The notes beneath the pieces are model-generated. The model made no database searches. It was not told the origin of the DNA and saw nothing but the letters and a program-made list of their open reading frames with translations. 64,000 bases of DNA from Sedimentisphaerales bacterium (GTDB taxonomy: Bacteria; Planctomycetota; Phycisphaerae; Sedimentisphaerales; SM23-30): assembly GCA_963666285.1 (NCBI GenBank), contig OY762711.1; one strand, given 5' to 3'. Made by a program: the position numbers and the translations under genes. Positions 8,606-18,242 of this stretch are shown here, in pieces. Numbering within the stretch: position 1 is the first letter of the stretch; the number at the start of each line of letters is the position of its first letter.

Positions 8606-11600
8606 ATGAAGCCAAAATCCTCTTTTTCAACTCTGCAGACAGGACTTTTTTCGGTTCTGGCTGTTATGGTACTTTCATTTTCTGTTCTTACACCGCCGGT
8701 ATTTGCGGACCAGAAGGAGCAAACGCTCCAGAAAATGGCCCAGGAAAAACTCGATGTTGTGTCGGAACTGGTTAGTCGCCATCTTTATGATGCAGCTTTG
8801 GCTACCATAAAGAGCATTGATACTTCCGAGGATATTGTTCTTAATGAAAAGCAGGCTAAAACACTTGAGGATTATAGAACTGAATCTACCGATGGTGTTG
8901 AGGTTCAACGCTTGATCGTTAAACAGTTTGAAGATATGGAATCGCTTTTCTCAAACGACGATTATGCTGCTATTAAAGATGTTATTGCTTCACTTAAAGA
9001 AAATTCAGGCTACATGACAGATGATATGCTTGCTGGCTTCAAACAAAAGCTTTCTTCTTTTGCTGACCTGGAAAAGACTCTTAAGGGAAGATTAAAGAAA
9101 CAGTTCTCTCAAAGCAAAAAATACTATCAGGAAGGTGACTATACTAATGCTCGCATTGGTTTCGAAGCTATTTGTGATAGCGGTGTTGAGTTGTCTTTCT
9201 TTGACCGGGGCGGAGATTTCGCTACTTCTGAAACTTATCTTATTAAAATCGGTGAAAAAGAAGCGGCTGCTTCCGGTGAAATTGTCGCTGATGAACTTGA
9301 TACTGAACCGGTAGTCGCTGACGCTGGGTCTGTGGTTGAACCTGCTGAAGTGGAAAAAGAACAGGTTCAGATTAACCAGCAGGAAGAAAAGAAGATTCTT
9401 GACAGGGCAAAGACTTCAGAATCTCTTAATGTTGCCCAGGAAGAACCTAAAAAATCTGGCGGGTTCCTTTTCTTCGGTAAGAAATCTGGCGATAAACTAA
9501 GCGAAGAAGAAGCTAAGGAAGTTCAGAAACTTATCGCTTATGGCGATCTTTATCTTACCAAGAAAAAATATAACCAGGCCGAACAATACTTTAATGAAGC
9601 TCTGGCTAAAGACCCGGATAACATTACCGCTAAGAAATTCCTGACTGTTGCTCAGTATCACATTGCTCATCCTGTCAGCCAGGCCAAAGCTAAGGAACTT
9701 AGCATTATTGATAAGCTCAAGCAAAAAGAGTCTCTTCAAAGACAGGCTGTTGTGTCTAACTGGGAAAATACTCGTAATCTGACTGCCAACCTGATTGCCG
9801 AAGAAAAATACTCACAGGCTATCAAGGAAGTTATACAGGCTATTGCGGCTATTGAAAGTAATAAAAAAGTACTCGGTGCGTCTTACGCTTCTATGAAATC
9901 TGAAGCTGAAGAATTGCGTCGGCAGGTTGAACAATATCGTAAAGAGGCAGCGGCTGTAGCTCAGGAACAAAAAATCGAAGAGGCTCGCATCAAGCAAAAA
10001 GATATTGCTGATAAGATCGAAGCTGAAAGAGCAGAAAGTATCGCGATTCTATTCAAAACCGCTAACGAATTTGCTGAAAAACGCAGGTTCCAGGCTGCTA
10101 TCGATACGATCGATCGTCTTATTACTATCGATCCTTATAATGAAGAAGCTAAATATCTGCGTAATATGTATGAACAGGCAAATCTTTGGCAGATTCAGCA
10201 TGAAACTGCACGTGAAGCTGATAGAAATGTTACCCTACAGTTAATGGATGCTGACAAAAATCTTATACCGCCTACTGAGAAGGTAGAATATCCTACACCG
10301 GAAAAATGGAGGGCTATGAAAAAACGTCTTCCTAAATCTATCTCTTCTGCTCAAACTAAAATTGATGTCACAAAGAGACTTGCCGAAGAAAGAATTCCTA
10401 TTGAATTTGATGATATCTCTTTACAGGAAGCTCTGGATGAGATCGCTGCTACTGGTCAGGTTGTTATTCTGCCTATGTGGCCTGAGCTTGATCTTGCCGG
10501 CATCACTCCTGATGACCTGGTTTCTGCCAGACCTGCAACTATGTCTATCGGCAAGGCGCTTAATTTCGTTCTTAACTATGTCTCTGGTGCTGGCACCATG
10601 GGCAAAGCCGGTTATGAAGTCGACGAAGAAGGCAATATCATCGTGAAAGTTGTTGGCGATGACTATGGCTATGAATTCCGTACTTACTATGTCGGTGACC
10701 TCGTACGTCCTACCCAGTCTATGGGTGGATACGGTGGTGGTATGAGTGGCGGCATGGGTGGTATGCGCGGCGGCATGGGCGGCGGTATGATGGGCGGCAT
10801 GGGCGGCATGGGCGGTATGATGGGCGGCATGGGTGGCATGGGCGGTATGATGGGCGGCATGGGTGGTATGATGGGCGGCATGGGCGGCATGGGCGGCATG
10901 CGCGGCGGCATGTACGACCAGGAACCTTTACGTCAATACAACGGCGGCTCGAAAAAGAATAAAAATGCTGAAGAATACGAAGATCAGCTTATTAAGCTTA
11001 GCTATTCTAACGGAATAAATTCTAATACACCGGACGGTATGCACTTTACTCAGTCATATGGTTCTGGCAGTGGTTCTGGTAGCTCAGGACTTGGCAGTTC
11101 TGGTGGTAGTCGTTCCAACAGCGGTATGGGCAATAGTAACAACAGCGGTATGGGCGGTGGCAGAACTTACGAAACTAACTATATGGAACTTATGATGCTG
11201 CAAATGCTCATCCAGCAGTCTGTTGAACCTTCTACATGGCGTTTTTCCATGAATAATAGATACCGTACTGGCAATCAGCAGGATGGCATGGACGAACTGG
11301 CACAGGCTCAACAGGGCTATGGTATGATCCAGCAGTTCCGTACTACATACTTTAATATTTATCAGAAACCGGATGTGCATGTTAAAATTGCTCAGTTCTT
11401 AAGCGACCTGCGATCTATGCATGGCGACCAGGTTTCTATCGAAATTAGATTGCTTACTATCAATAACAGTATCCTCGAAGATATTGGTTTTGACTTGGAT
11501 ATACTTCTGGACGCTTCAGAACATGGATGGGATCGCTGGGGTGATATCTCTATTGCTCAGCAGCATGCTGAATGGGCTAGCCCTCCTCCTGCTACTGGTA

Positions 11601-12343
11601 TTACCGGATCGCTTGGTGGCGGTGCCGTGCCTACCGCGTTTTCTTTGTCTGGTAGCTTCCTTGACAATATCCAGGTTGATTTCTTGATTAACGCTACCAA
11701 GGCAAATAGCCGTAGCAGGGTGGTAACTGCTCCTAATGTTACTGTTTTCAACGGTGAACAGGCTTACCTCAACTTCAGCCGTGAAATTGTTTACGTCTCG
11801 GAAATGGACCCTGAAGTCGGCGTTGGTGTGGTTGGTTATGATGTTGAAACTGACACCTTGAATTCTGGTATTGTTCTTAACCTGACTCCTTACATCTCTC
11901 ATGACAAACGTTATGTCCAGATGAACATTAACTTTGAACAGCAGATTCTCGATTCAATGTTTGACTTTGCTTATGTCAGTTCTGACGCTGTTGATGATTC
12001 GGATGTTGATACTGTTGATGGTACTACTATTGTTGACCAGGAAGACATGTCTGTTCGTATTCAGCTGCCTCAGACTTCCGTAACTAACATTGATACCAGG
12101 GTATCTGTTCCGGATGGCGGTACACTGCTTCTTGGCGGTCAGAAACTTGTTGGTGAGGCCGAACGTGAAAGTGGTGTTCCTGGTCTGGCTCATATTCCTA
12201 TATTGAACAGATTGTTCTCTACCAGGAATAAAACCAAGGATGAAAATATCATTCTGGTTCTTATGAAGCCTGATATTATTATCCAGAGCGAAATGGAAGA
12301 AGATAATTTTGGTTCGTTCGAGCTTGATGAAGAATCATACTAA
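8606..12343 (+). CDS. Secretin (GspD/PilQ-like) with N-terminal TPR/coiled-coil region and Gly-Met low-complexity insert
   Basis: C-terminal secretin motifs QVSIEIRLL, TAPNVTVFNGEQA, SVPDGGTLLLGG, GVPGLAHIPILNRLF and ILVLMKPDII. TPR-like segments and a signal peptide. Confidence 0.88.
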   Translation: MKPKSSFSTLQTGLFSVLAVMVLSFSVLTPPVFADQKEQTLQKMAQEKLDVVSELVSRHLYDAALATIKSIDTSEDIVLNEKQAKTLEDYRTESTDGVEVQRLIVKQFEDMESLFSNDDYAAIKDVIASLKENSGYMTDDMLAGFKQKLSSFADLEKTLKGRLKKQFSQSKKYYQEGDYTNARIGFEAICDSGVELSFFDRGGDFATSETYLIKIGEKEAAASGEIVADELDTEPVVADAGSVVEPAEVEKEQVQINQQEEKKILDRAKTSESLNVAQEEPKKSGGFLFFGKKSGDKLSEEEAKEVQKLIAYGDLYLTKKKYNQAEQYFNEALAKDPDNITAKKFLTVAQYHIAHPVSQAKAKELSIIDKLKQKESLQRQAVVSNWENTRNLTANLIAEEKYSQAIKEVIQAIAAIESNKKVLGASYASMKSEAEELRRQVEQYRKEAAAVAQEQKIEEARIKQKDIADKIEAERAESIAILFKTANEFAEKRRFQAAIDTIDRLITIDPYNEEAKYLRNMYEQANLWQIQHETAREADRNVTLQLMDADKNLIPPTEKVEYPTPEKWRAMKKRLPKSISSAQTKIDVTKRLAEERIPIEFDDISLQEALDEIAATGQVVILPMWPELDLAGITPDDLVSARPATMSIGKALNFVLNYVSGAGTMGKAGYEVDEEGNIIVKVVGDDYGYEFRTYYVGDLVRPTQSMGGYGGGMSGGMGGMRGGMGGGMMGGMGGMGGMMGGMGGMGGMMGGMGGMMGGMGGMGGMRGGMYDQEPLRQYNGGSKKNKNAEEYEDQLIKLSYSNGINSNTPDGMHFTQSYGSGSGSGSSGLGSSGGSRSNSGMGNSNNSGMGGGRTYETNYMELMMLQMLIQQSVEPSTWRFSMNNRYRTGNQQDGMDELAQAQQGYGMIQQFRTTYFNIYQKPDVHVKIAQFLSDLRSMHGDQVSIEIRLLTINNSILEDIGFDLDILLDASEHGWDRWGDISIAQQHAEWASPPPATGITGSLGGGAVPTAFSLSGSFLDNIQVDFLINATKANSRSRVVTAPNVTVFNGEQAYLNFSREIVYVSEMDPEVGVGVVGYDVETDTLNSGIVLNLTPYISHDKRYVQMNINFEQQILDSMFDFAYVSSDAVDDSDVDTVDGTTIVDQEDMSVRIQLPQTSVTNIDTRVSVPDGGTLLLGGQKLVGEAERESGVPGLAHIPILNRLFSTRNKTKDENIILVLMKPDIIIQSEMEEDNFGSFELDEESY
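10721..10913 (+). repeat. Coding tandem repeat (ATG GGC GGC)n encoding MGG
   Basis: Degenerate 9/12-nt units encoding MGGMGGMMGG… inside the secretin. Confidence 0.9.
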
Positions 12344-12371
12344 TCCTTCTACATAAGATAAAACTATCAAT

Positions 12372-12405
12372 AGCCGTGTCAGTTTCTTCTGATGCGGCTT
12401 TTTTT
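12372..12405 (+). terminator. Intrinsic terminator of the secretin gene
   Basis: Stem AGCCGTGTCAG/CTGATGCGGCT followed by a T-run. Confidence 0.8.
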
Positions 12406-12416
12406 ATCTGATTCCA

Positions 12417-12506
12417 ATTGTATCGATTATGACTAATATACCAATTATATTCATTATTATGAATATAGTGATTATACCGATTATACCGATTGTATCAATT
12501 ATATTG
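12417..12506. repeat. Ten-unit degenerate 9-bp tandem array, approximate consensus ATTATAYCR
   Basis: ATTGTATCG ATTATGACT AATATACCA ATTATATTC ATTATTATG AATATAGTG ATTATACCG ATTATACCG ATTGTATCA ATTATATTG. Confidence 0.85.
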
Positions 12507-13014
12507 CCCGCAGTGAAAACATCAGCGCATAAAAAAAGGACACTTCTTCTTTTAGGAAAAAGTGTCCCCGAATTGTGTTCGTTTGCATTTTTTGTGTGCG
12601 AGAGACACGAGAAATCTGCAAACATGAATAGGAGGCAAATTTAACTATCGGTTCACTTGTTTATGATTGCCGATAAATTGTCTGATCAAAACCTGAAATA
12701 CACTTGTATTAAATTGCTTTTGCAAGACGTATTCATATTTTAATCGTTTATCATATCATCTTACTAATTCTGGATTGTCTTGTCAATATTTTATACATAA
12801 AAACATTAAAATTGGCAGGATACGGCAATAAATCACATTATATAATTTTTTACTGGTTTTTTATTATTTTTGCAGTAAAATGCTCATATTCAATCAAGAT
12901 TACCATTTTCAGAAAATTATTAAGATTTCTTTTGTAAATTATAGGTTTAATTTGATATATTATAATTGAAAATAATAACTTAAGAAATTTTAAGGAACTA
13001 AACCTTTGCTTTTG

Positions 13015-13053
13015 GCCCTGCTTGTCCGTTTTGGACGGTAGGGCTTTTATTTT
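13015..13053 (+). terminator. Orphan intrinsic terminator
   Basis: Stem GCCCTGCTTGTCC/GGACGGTAGGGC followed by TTTTATTTT, with no recognisable + strand gene directly upstream. Confidence 0.65.
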
Positions 13054-13249
13054 ATCTGCAAAGTGCTTACTGTTTACAAATCAACAACTTATATTACCCA
13101 AAAATGGTTATCATTAAGACTTGATATTCCTTATCTTAAACTATTTTCCCGTTTTGCCGCTGGTTGGTAGCTGCCCGATTTCATCCTCCCTTTTTACTTA
13201 AATTGCACCCCAATATCCTGCTCACACCGCCGCGATCTGCAATCTAACG

Positions 13250-14128
13250 CTAATTGTGCACCGCATTTCTTTCACTTTCACGCTGCATCGCGATCTTCAA
13301 TATCGATGTCAGGGTATCGATATCCTGGGCGGCTGTTTCTATGTTTACGGCAGGTTTATTCGCAATCAATACGCCGTAAATTGTATCCTCACTATAGATT
13401 GGTATCGTGCAGATATCATCTGTAACGATAACTCTCTTTTCGTTTATTGCCTTATCCATATTCTGTCGGCATTCTACCTGCAGGTCGCATTCTGATGGCA
13501 TGCAGTCTCCGTACATCTTATCGTTTATTATCGACTGAATTGATACTTTAGACGTCTGCAATACTGTACTGAACATAGGGATTATCTTCTTCATATATTC
13601 TTCTTCAGATGGATTATCCAGCAGCAGCATCAGCAGTTCAATTTTCTTCTCCTTCATTCGAACATGAGCTTCTACTTTTTTCTCCAGCATACTGTTCCAC
13701 TGGCTCAGCTGACGATTCTTCTGCTCCAGTTCAAGTACCAGCAGTTGCTTCTCACGTTTTACCTCATAATGCTCCAATGCGTTATTAATCGCCATCAGCA
13801 GATCATCCTGGCTCCATGGCTTTGTCATATAACGCCATACGTGGCCGCCATTGATCGCGTCCATAACCAGGTCCAGCTCGGCATAACCGCTCAATATCAT
13901 CTTCACCGACAACGGAGAAACGTCGTTTGCCTTGCCCAGAAACTTTATCCCATCCATTCCGGGCATCTTTACATCTGATAATATTAACGCTATATCTTCG
14001 TTTTCGGCAAGTACTTCCAAACCCTCTTCGCCGCTATCAGCCATCAGCACGTTAAAATCACGTCGCAAACAGCGATATAATGAATTAAGGATACACTCTT
14101 CGTCGTCAACTATCAGAATCTTATACAT
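13250..14128 (-). CDS. Response regulator (receiver + coiled coil + degenerate GAF-like C-terminus)
   Basis: KILIVDDE, ILSDVKMPGMDG, ILSGYA and YMTKPW. The ATG at 14128 is preceded by GAGGA; 14140 is an alternative start. Confidence 0.88.
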   Translation of the reverse strand: MYKILIVDDEECILNSLYRCLRRDFNVLMADSGEEGLEVLAENEDIALILSDVKMPGMDGIKFLGKANDVSPLSVKMILSGYAELDLVMDAINGGHVWRYMTKPWSQDDLLMAINNALEHYEVKREKQLLVLELEQKNRQLSQWNSMLEKKVEAHVRMKEKKIELLMLLLDNPSEEEYMKKIIPMFSTVLQTSKVSIQSIINDKMYGDCMPSECDLQVECRQNMDKAINEKRVIVTDDICTIPIYSEDTIYGVLIANKPAVNIETAAQDIDTLTSILKIAMQRESERNAVHN

Positions 14129-14706
14129 TGTATTCCTCATTAAACTTTTCTTGTTATCAGACGTTTATTTTCTCAGCTTTTATCTCTTCCAAAATCGCTC
14201 ATTTCTCTATACAATACTCTTTTGCCTTTTTTCTGGCCATTTACGCAGATAAACATCTTTTTATTGGACCTCATCGTACGTTCCCACTTTCTGTAATCCG
14301 TATAATATCACGTTTTATATCGGTCGAAAACACCTACCGGTTAACCTGTAGTCTAATCCCGGCTCATATTCATTTATTTCTTGTACCGGCCATTTCCACT
14401 AAGTAAAATAGAGTCTGCGGTTTACGGATATTGCCAGACCTTCTCGGCCGGGTTATCACTTTTTCAAAACTTGATCTTGTTCGTGCATCGCACTATCGCC
14501 TGCACAAATAATAGAAAGGAATATGGCTTGCTTATAAACCGACAATTGTATTTAGCCTTTATTTGCAAAGGATACGTTGACCGGGCATCCCTGCTTGACT
14601 ATCATAATCATCTAGCCGTCTGGCGATAAGATACAATCTGGATTTATCAAATGAATAAAATATCAAATACTATTGACAACAGCTCCAAAACAGCAAGGAG
14701 ACAATT

Positions 14707-15912
14707 ATGATTGAAAACCGCTTGCCAACCGGCAACGAGGTATTAAGGCATCTGGCCTTTGCTTTTTTGCTTTTTACCATGATAGGTTTTGGTTTGGGGT
14801 ATTCATTGCAAAAAGATACCTTACTTGTCAAAACAACTGTTGATAGTTCCACTTTAAAGGGCATCGGTAATGCGCTTTCCCAATATGCCGATAGTCATAG
14901 CGGGTTACTGCCGTCCGGCGAAAATTGGATTGACCAGTTAATCCAAACTCAGGATATCTATCCAAAATCATTCGCTCCGGCTCTTTCAGACTGTATCGAA
15001 GGTGAATCTGACATTGCCCTTAATCGTGTTGCCGCCGGAAAAAAACTTGACGATCTGCCAGAAGATCTTGTACTGGCCTTTCAGATTCAATATTCAGAAC
15101 CGGATACTCCTCGCAATTTCCCTTTTGCCGAGCGTTTGGCAGAATATGACAAATATAAAGATGTTTCTCCTGAAAGAATAAAAGATATTTTCGTCTATAA
15201 AGACCGATGGAACATAACCTCCGGCCCGGAAAATATCAAAATTCATGACTTCAATAAGGGGGCATTAGTTCTCTTTGCTGACGGCAACGTTCGCTGTTTA
15301 CCGTATGATAAACTTGGCTCTTTACGCTGGGACTTGGAAAATTCCGATTATTCAGAATTCTTTAGCCAGATAGTAGAAAACTATAAAGTGATTCCCGATC
15401 AATTCAGACAGTGTGCTCACCGCATAATACCTGTCATGTATACCATATTGTTTTTATCAGCAGCGGTCGTTCTAAAAATGAGGCTAATACCTAAAATATA
15501 TTTCAGTCCGGTAGCTGTATTTTGTCTCACTGCCGCTTTTTTTGCATTGGTTATGGGCTGGGCTTCCGAATGGTTCCATGACAATAGCTGCCACTATCAC
15601 GCCGGTCCTGTTTTCGGCCTGCCGGTTGGCCTTTGGGCGGCTCTATGCTTTGCCGCTTTCATCCTCAATCTTCCCGAATCAAAACGAAAGTATATAAACG
15701 TCTACGGCATCTTCCTCGGCATTACCTGCTCTTCTATCATTCATGCCTCACTTGCCTATTCTCTTAACAGCGGTTTTGATACTATAATTGCTGGTATCCC
15801 CTTCGGCATCGCCGCCGGCTACTTACTGGCATGGCTCTTCGCCGCTCTAATAAACTCAAAGATCAAGCAAATCCAGCTGACAAATGAACTCCAAAATGAC
15901 GAACCGGCATAA
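14707..15912 (+). CDS. Membrane protein with a DUF1559/H-X9-DG-like soluble domain
   Basis: AAGGAG RBS, N-terminal TM, LKGIGNALSQYAD….LP…W and GALVLFADGNV motifs, and about 5 C-terminal TM helices. Confidence 0.6.
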   Translation: MIENRLPTGNEVLRHLAFAFLLFTMIGFGLGYSLQKDTLLVKTTVDSSTLKGIGNALSQYADSHSGLLPSGENWIDQLIQTQDIYPKSFAPALSDCIEGESDIALNRVAAGKKLDDLPEDLVLAFQIQYSEPDTPRNFPFAERLAEYDKYKDVSPERIKDIFVYKDRWNITSGPENIKIHDFNKGALVLFADGNVRCLPYDKLGSLRWDLENSDYSEFFSQIVENYKVIPDQFRQCAHRIIPVMYTILFLSAAVVLKMRLIPKIYFSPVAVFCLTAAFFALVMGWASEWFHDNSCHYHAGPVFGLPVGLWAALCFAAFILNLPESKRKYINVYGIFLGITCSSIIHASLAYSLNSGFDTIIAGIPFGIAAGYLLAWLFAALINSKIKQIQLTNELQNDEPA

Positions 15913-16074
15913 TATTTACAATCCACTCAAAGTCACCAATTTTACACTTTGCTTTCCTGTAGCAAATTACGGTACAATCTGTAACATAAATAATATAAAT
16001 TTGGCTGCTGCCTGACTTGAGTTTATCGAAGAGCCGCGGCATTCCTTCCCGCAACAAAAAAGGTCAAATAATAT

Positions 16075-16470
16075 TCTTTGCGAGCTTTGCGGCCTCTGCG
16101 AGAGACAAAAATACAAAACACATTCATCTTGCAAACCAATTTTATTAATTCTTAATTCTGAATTTTTAATTTCTCCCCTCCCTCCTCACTTCTCCCTCCT
16201 AACTCTCCTCATTCGTGGTTCAGCTCTTAGCTCGCCGCAGGCGATTTAAAATACGTCGCGTCAGCGAATTATTCCTGATGTCAACGTACATCAGGACCCC
16301 TCAATTTTTCATTTAGCATAGCTCGCCTCCTCAGCAATAAAATCAGTGTCCATCGGTGTGAATCCGTGGTTCACCTCTTTTATAATTAATCTGGCAAGCC
16401 TGTCCGCCGCAAAGTCCATACGTGGTAGAGCATTCTCCGCTCCCCGCGCGATTTAAATCAACCATTGCTG
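16075..16470 (-). repeat. Cluster of heptamer arrays, 9-10-nt periodic motifs and small hairpins
   Basis: CTTTGCGAGCTTTGCGGCCTCTGCG, TTAATTC-type heptamers, CTCGCCGCAGGCGATTTAAAATACGTCGCGTCAGCGA, palindrome CCTGATGT…ACATCAGG and TCCATCGGTGTGAATCCGTGG. Confidence 0.7.
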
Positions 16471-16588
16471 GCGACACTTTAGAAAAATCTGTGGACAAGT
16501 ATTTTCGTCGTGGTATTATATCTTTCAAATAGACTATCAGTTAGTTTGAAAAATTATGTTACCGGTAATGACAATACGGGTGTGTTCC

Positions 16589-17988
16589 ATGAAGAAATAT
16601 ACAAAAAATCTGCTTCTTACTATTTTGTTTGCATTTCAGTGTGCCACTGCCTTTTCAGACGAAATCCCCGGCATCGTTCCAAATATCCCGCAGCCGGACC
16701 ACCGGAATGTTATTGTCCAGCTTTTCAACTGGAAATACAAGGATATCGAAAAGGCTATACCCGCTCTAAGGTCATACGGCTACAGCCACATCCATGTTTC
16801 ACCACCACAACGAAGCAGCGAAAGCATCGACCAATGGTACGCCAGGTACCAGCCGGTAGATTATAACGAGATATCCGGCCCGCTTGGCAACGAAAATGAG
16901 TTCAGGCAGATGAACGATACCGCTGACAAATACGATATCAAAATAATTGTCGATATCGTAATCAACCATATGGCCGCCGGCAATTACTTCACCCTGGACA
17001 GCCAGGGAAATATGATCGATGAAAAATACCCAGACTTCTCTCCCCGGGATTTTCATCCGTACCTGCCGTTACGTAACTGGAACGATACTAACGAACTTGT
17101 TAACGGCTGGATATTCGAAGGCGGCCTGCCCGACCTCGACACTTCAAGCCCGGGCGTTAGAAAGAAACTTAACCGGTACCTCATGAACCTTATCGCGATG
17201 GGTAGCGACGGTTTCAGGATCGATGCGGCAATACACATCAGCCCGGACGATCTAGCTGCAATTTTGCATGGCATCCCTGCAGACCTTCTTGTCTTCTGCG
17301 AAATTGCCAACAAAGACCCCGCGATTATGAAGCGATATTACGATAAGATGCCTCAGCTGGATTTTTACGACTTCACTCTTCTCAATACCATGAATCATGC
17401 CTTCGCTCCCGGCGGCGATCTGAGAGCCCTTATCAACCCGGCCGCAAATTCCAAAGCTCTGCCCGGCACAAAAGCTGTAACTTTCGTTACCAACCACGAT
17501 ATCGACCGGGGCGCTGCTAACCCGCAAGTGGGCATTAGCGGCTCTGATTACAATATACCGAAAGACTCCCGCCATCTCGCCTATGCCTATATCCTCGGCA
17601 GACAACAGGGCCTGCCATATGTCTTTGTCGATATGAAAAATCCCAAACCGTCCATAGACGCCTTCCCGGACGAAACTATCGACCGACCGGAGATCCTCGC
17701 AGGCATAAGGTTCCACAACCTCTCCCTCGGCATGCCCGAACGATGGCTCGATAACGGCGACAATCCAACCGGCTGATTTGGCAGCGGGGCGACACCGGCC
17801 TGGCCGTTATCAACAAGAGCGATACCGGATTCTCGCTTAAAAAATTTGCCACCACCTTACAGCCCGGCATATACACCGAAATCCGGCATGGCTATATACT
17901 CAAAATTAACGAAACCGGAACTATCACAGACTGGCATTTCGATAGCCGGTCTGCCTGTTTCTTTGTCAAAACCGCCGACAGTAAGTAA
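16589..17988 (+). pseudogene. Secreted alpha-amylase (GH13) with a frameshift near 17760-17772
   Basis: VQLFNW, WYARYQPV, DIVINH, GFRIDAAIH and FVTNHD. The frame stops at 17776, but the -1 frame continues SNRLIWQRGDTGLAVINK… to TAA at 17988, as expected for the C-terminal beta domain. Confidence 0.8.
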
Positions 17989-18242
17989 TCTTATAAATCT
18001 ATAGATCTTAAATAACTCAACCCAAAACCACATTTGATTATCAGAGCCGCACGTGACACGAGTGGGTTATTTCTGAACATATTCTTATCGGTACTACTAT
18101 CCATCATCTTCTTGTTTTTTATGTGTCGTCTTTATCTATAATATTCATAAGGTATTACAATATATATAATTGCAATGTTTATAAAAGGAGCCGACATATG
18201 CGACACTTTTTTTCCTGTGTTTCCATAAACATATACAATGTA

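Noticed and set aside
10687..10911. Pro/Met-rich 74-aa ORF on the - strand
   Set aside because: It is simply the antisense reading of the secretin MGG repeat.
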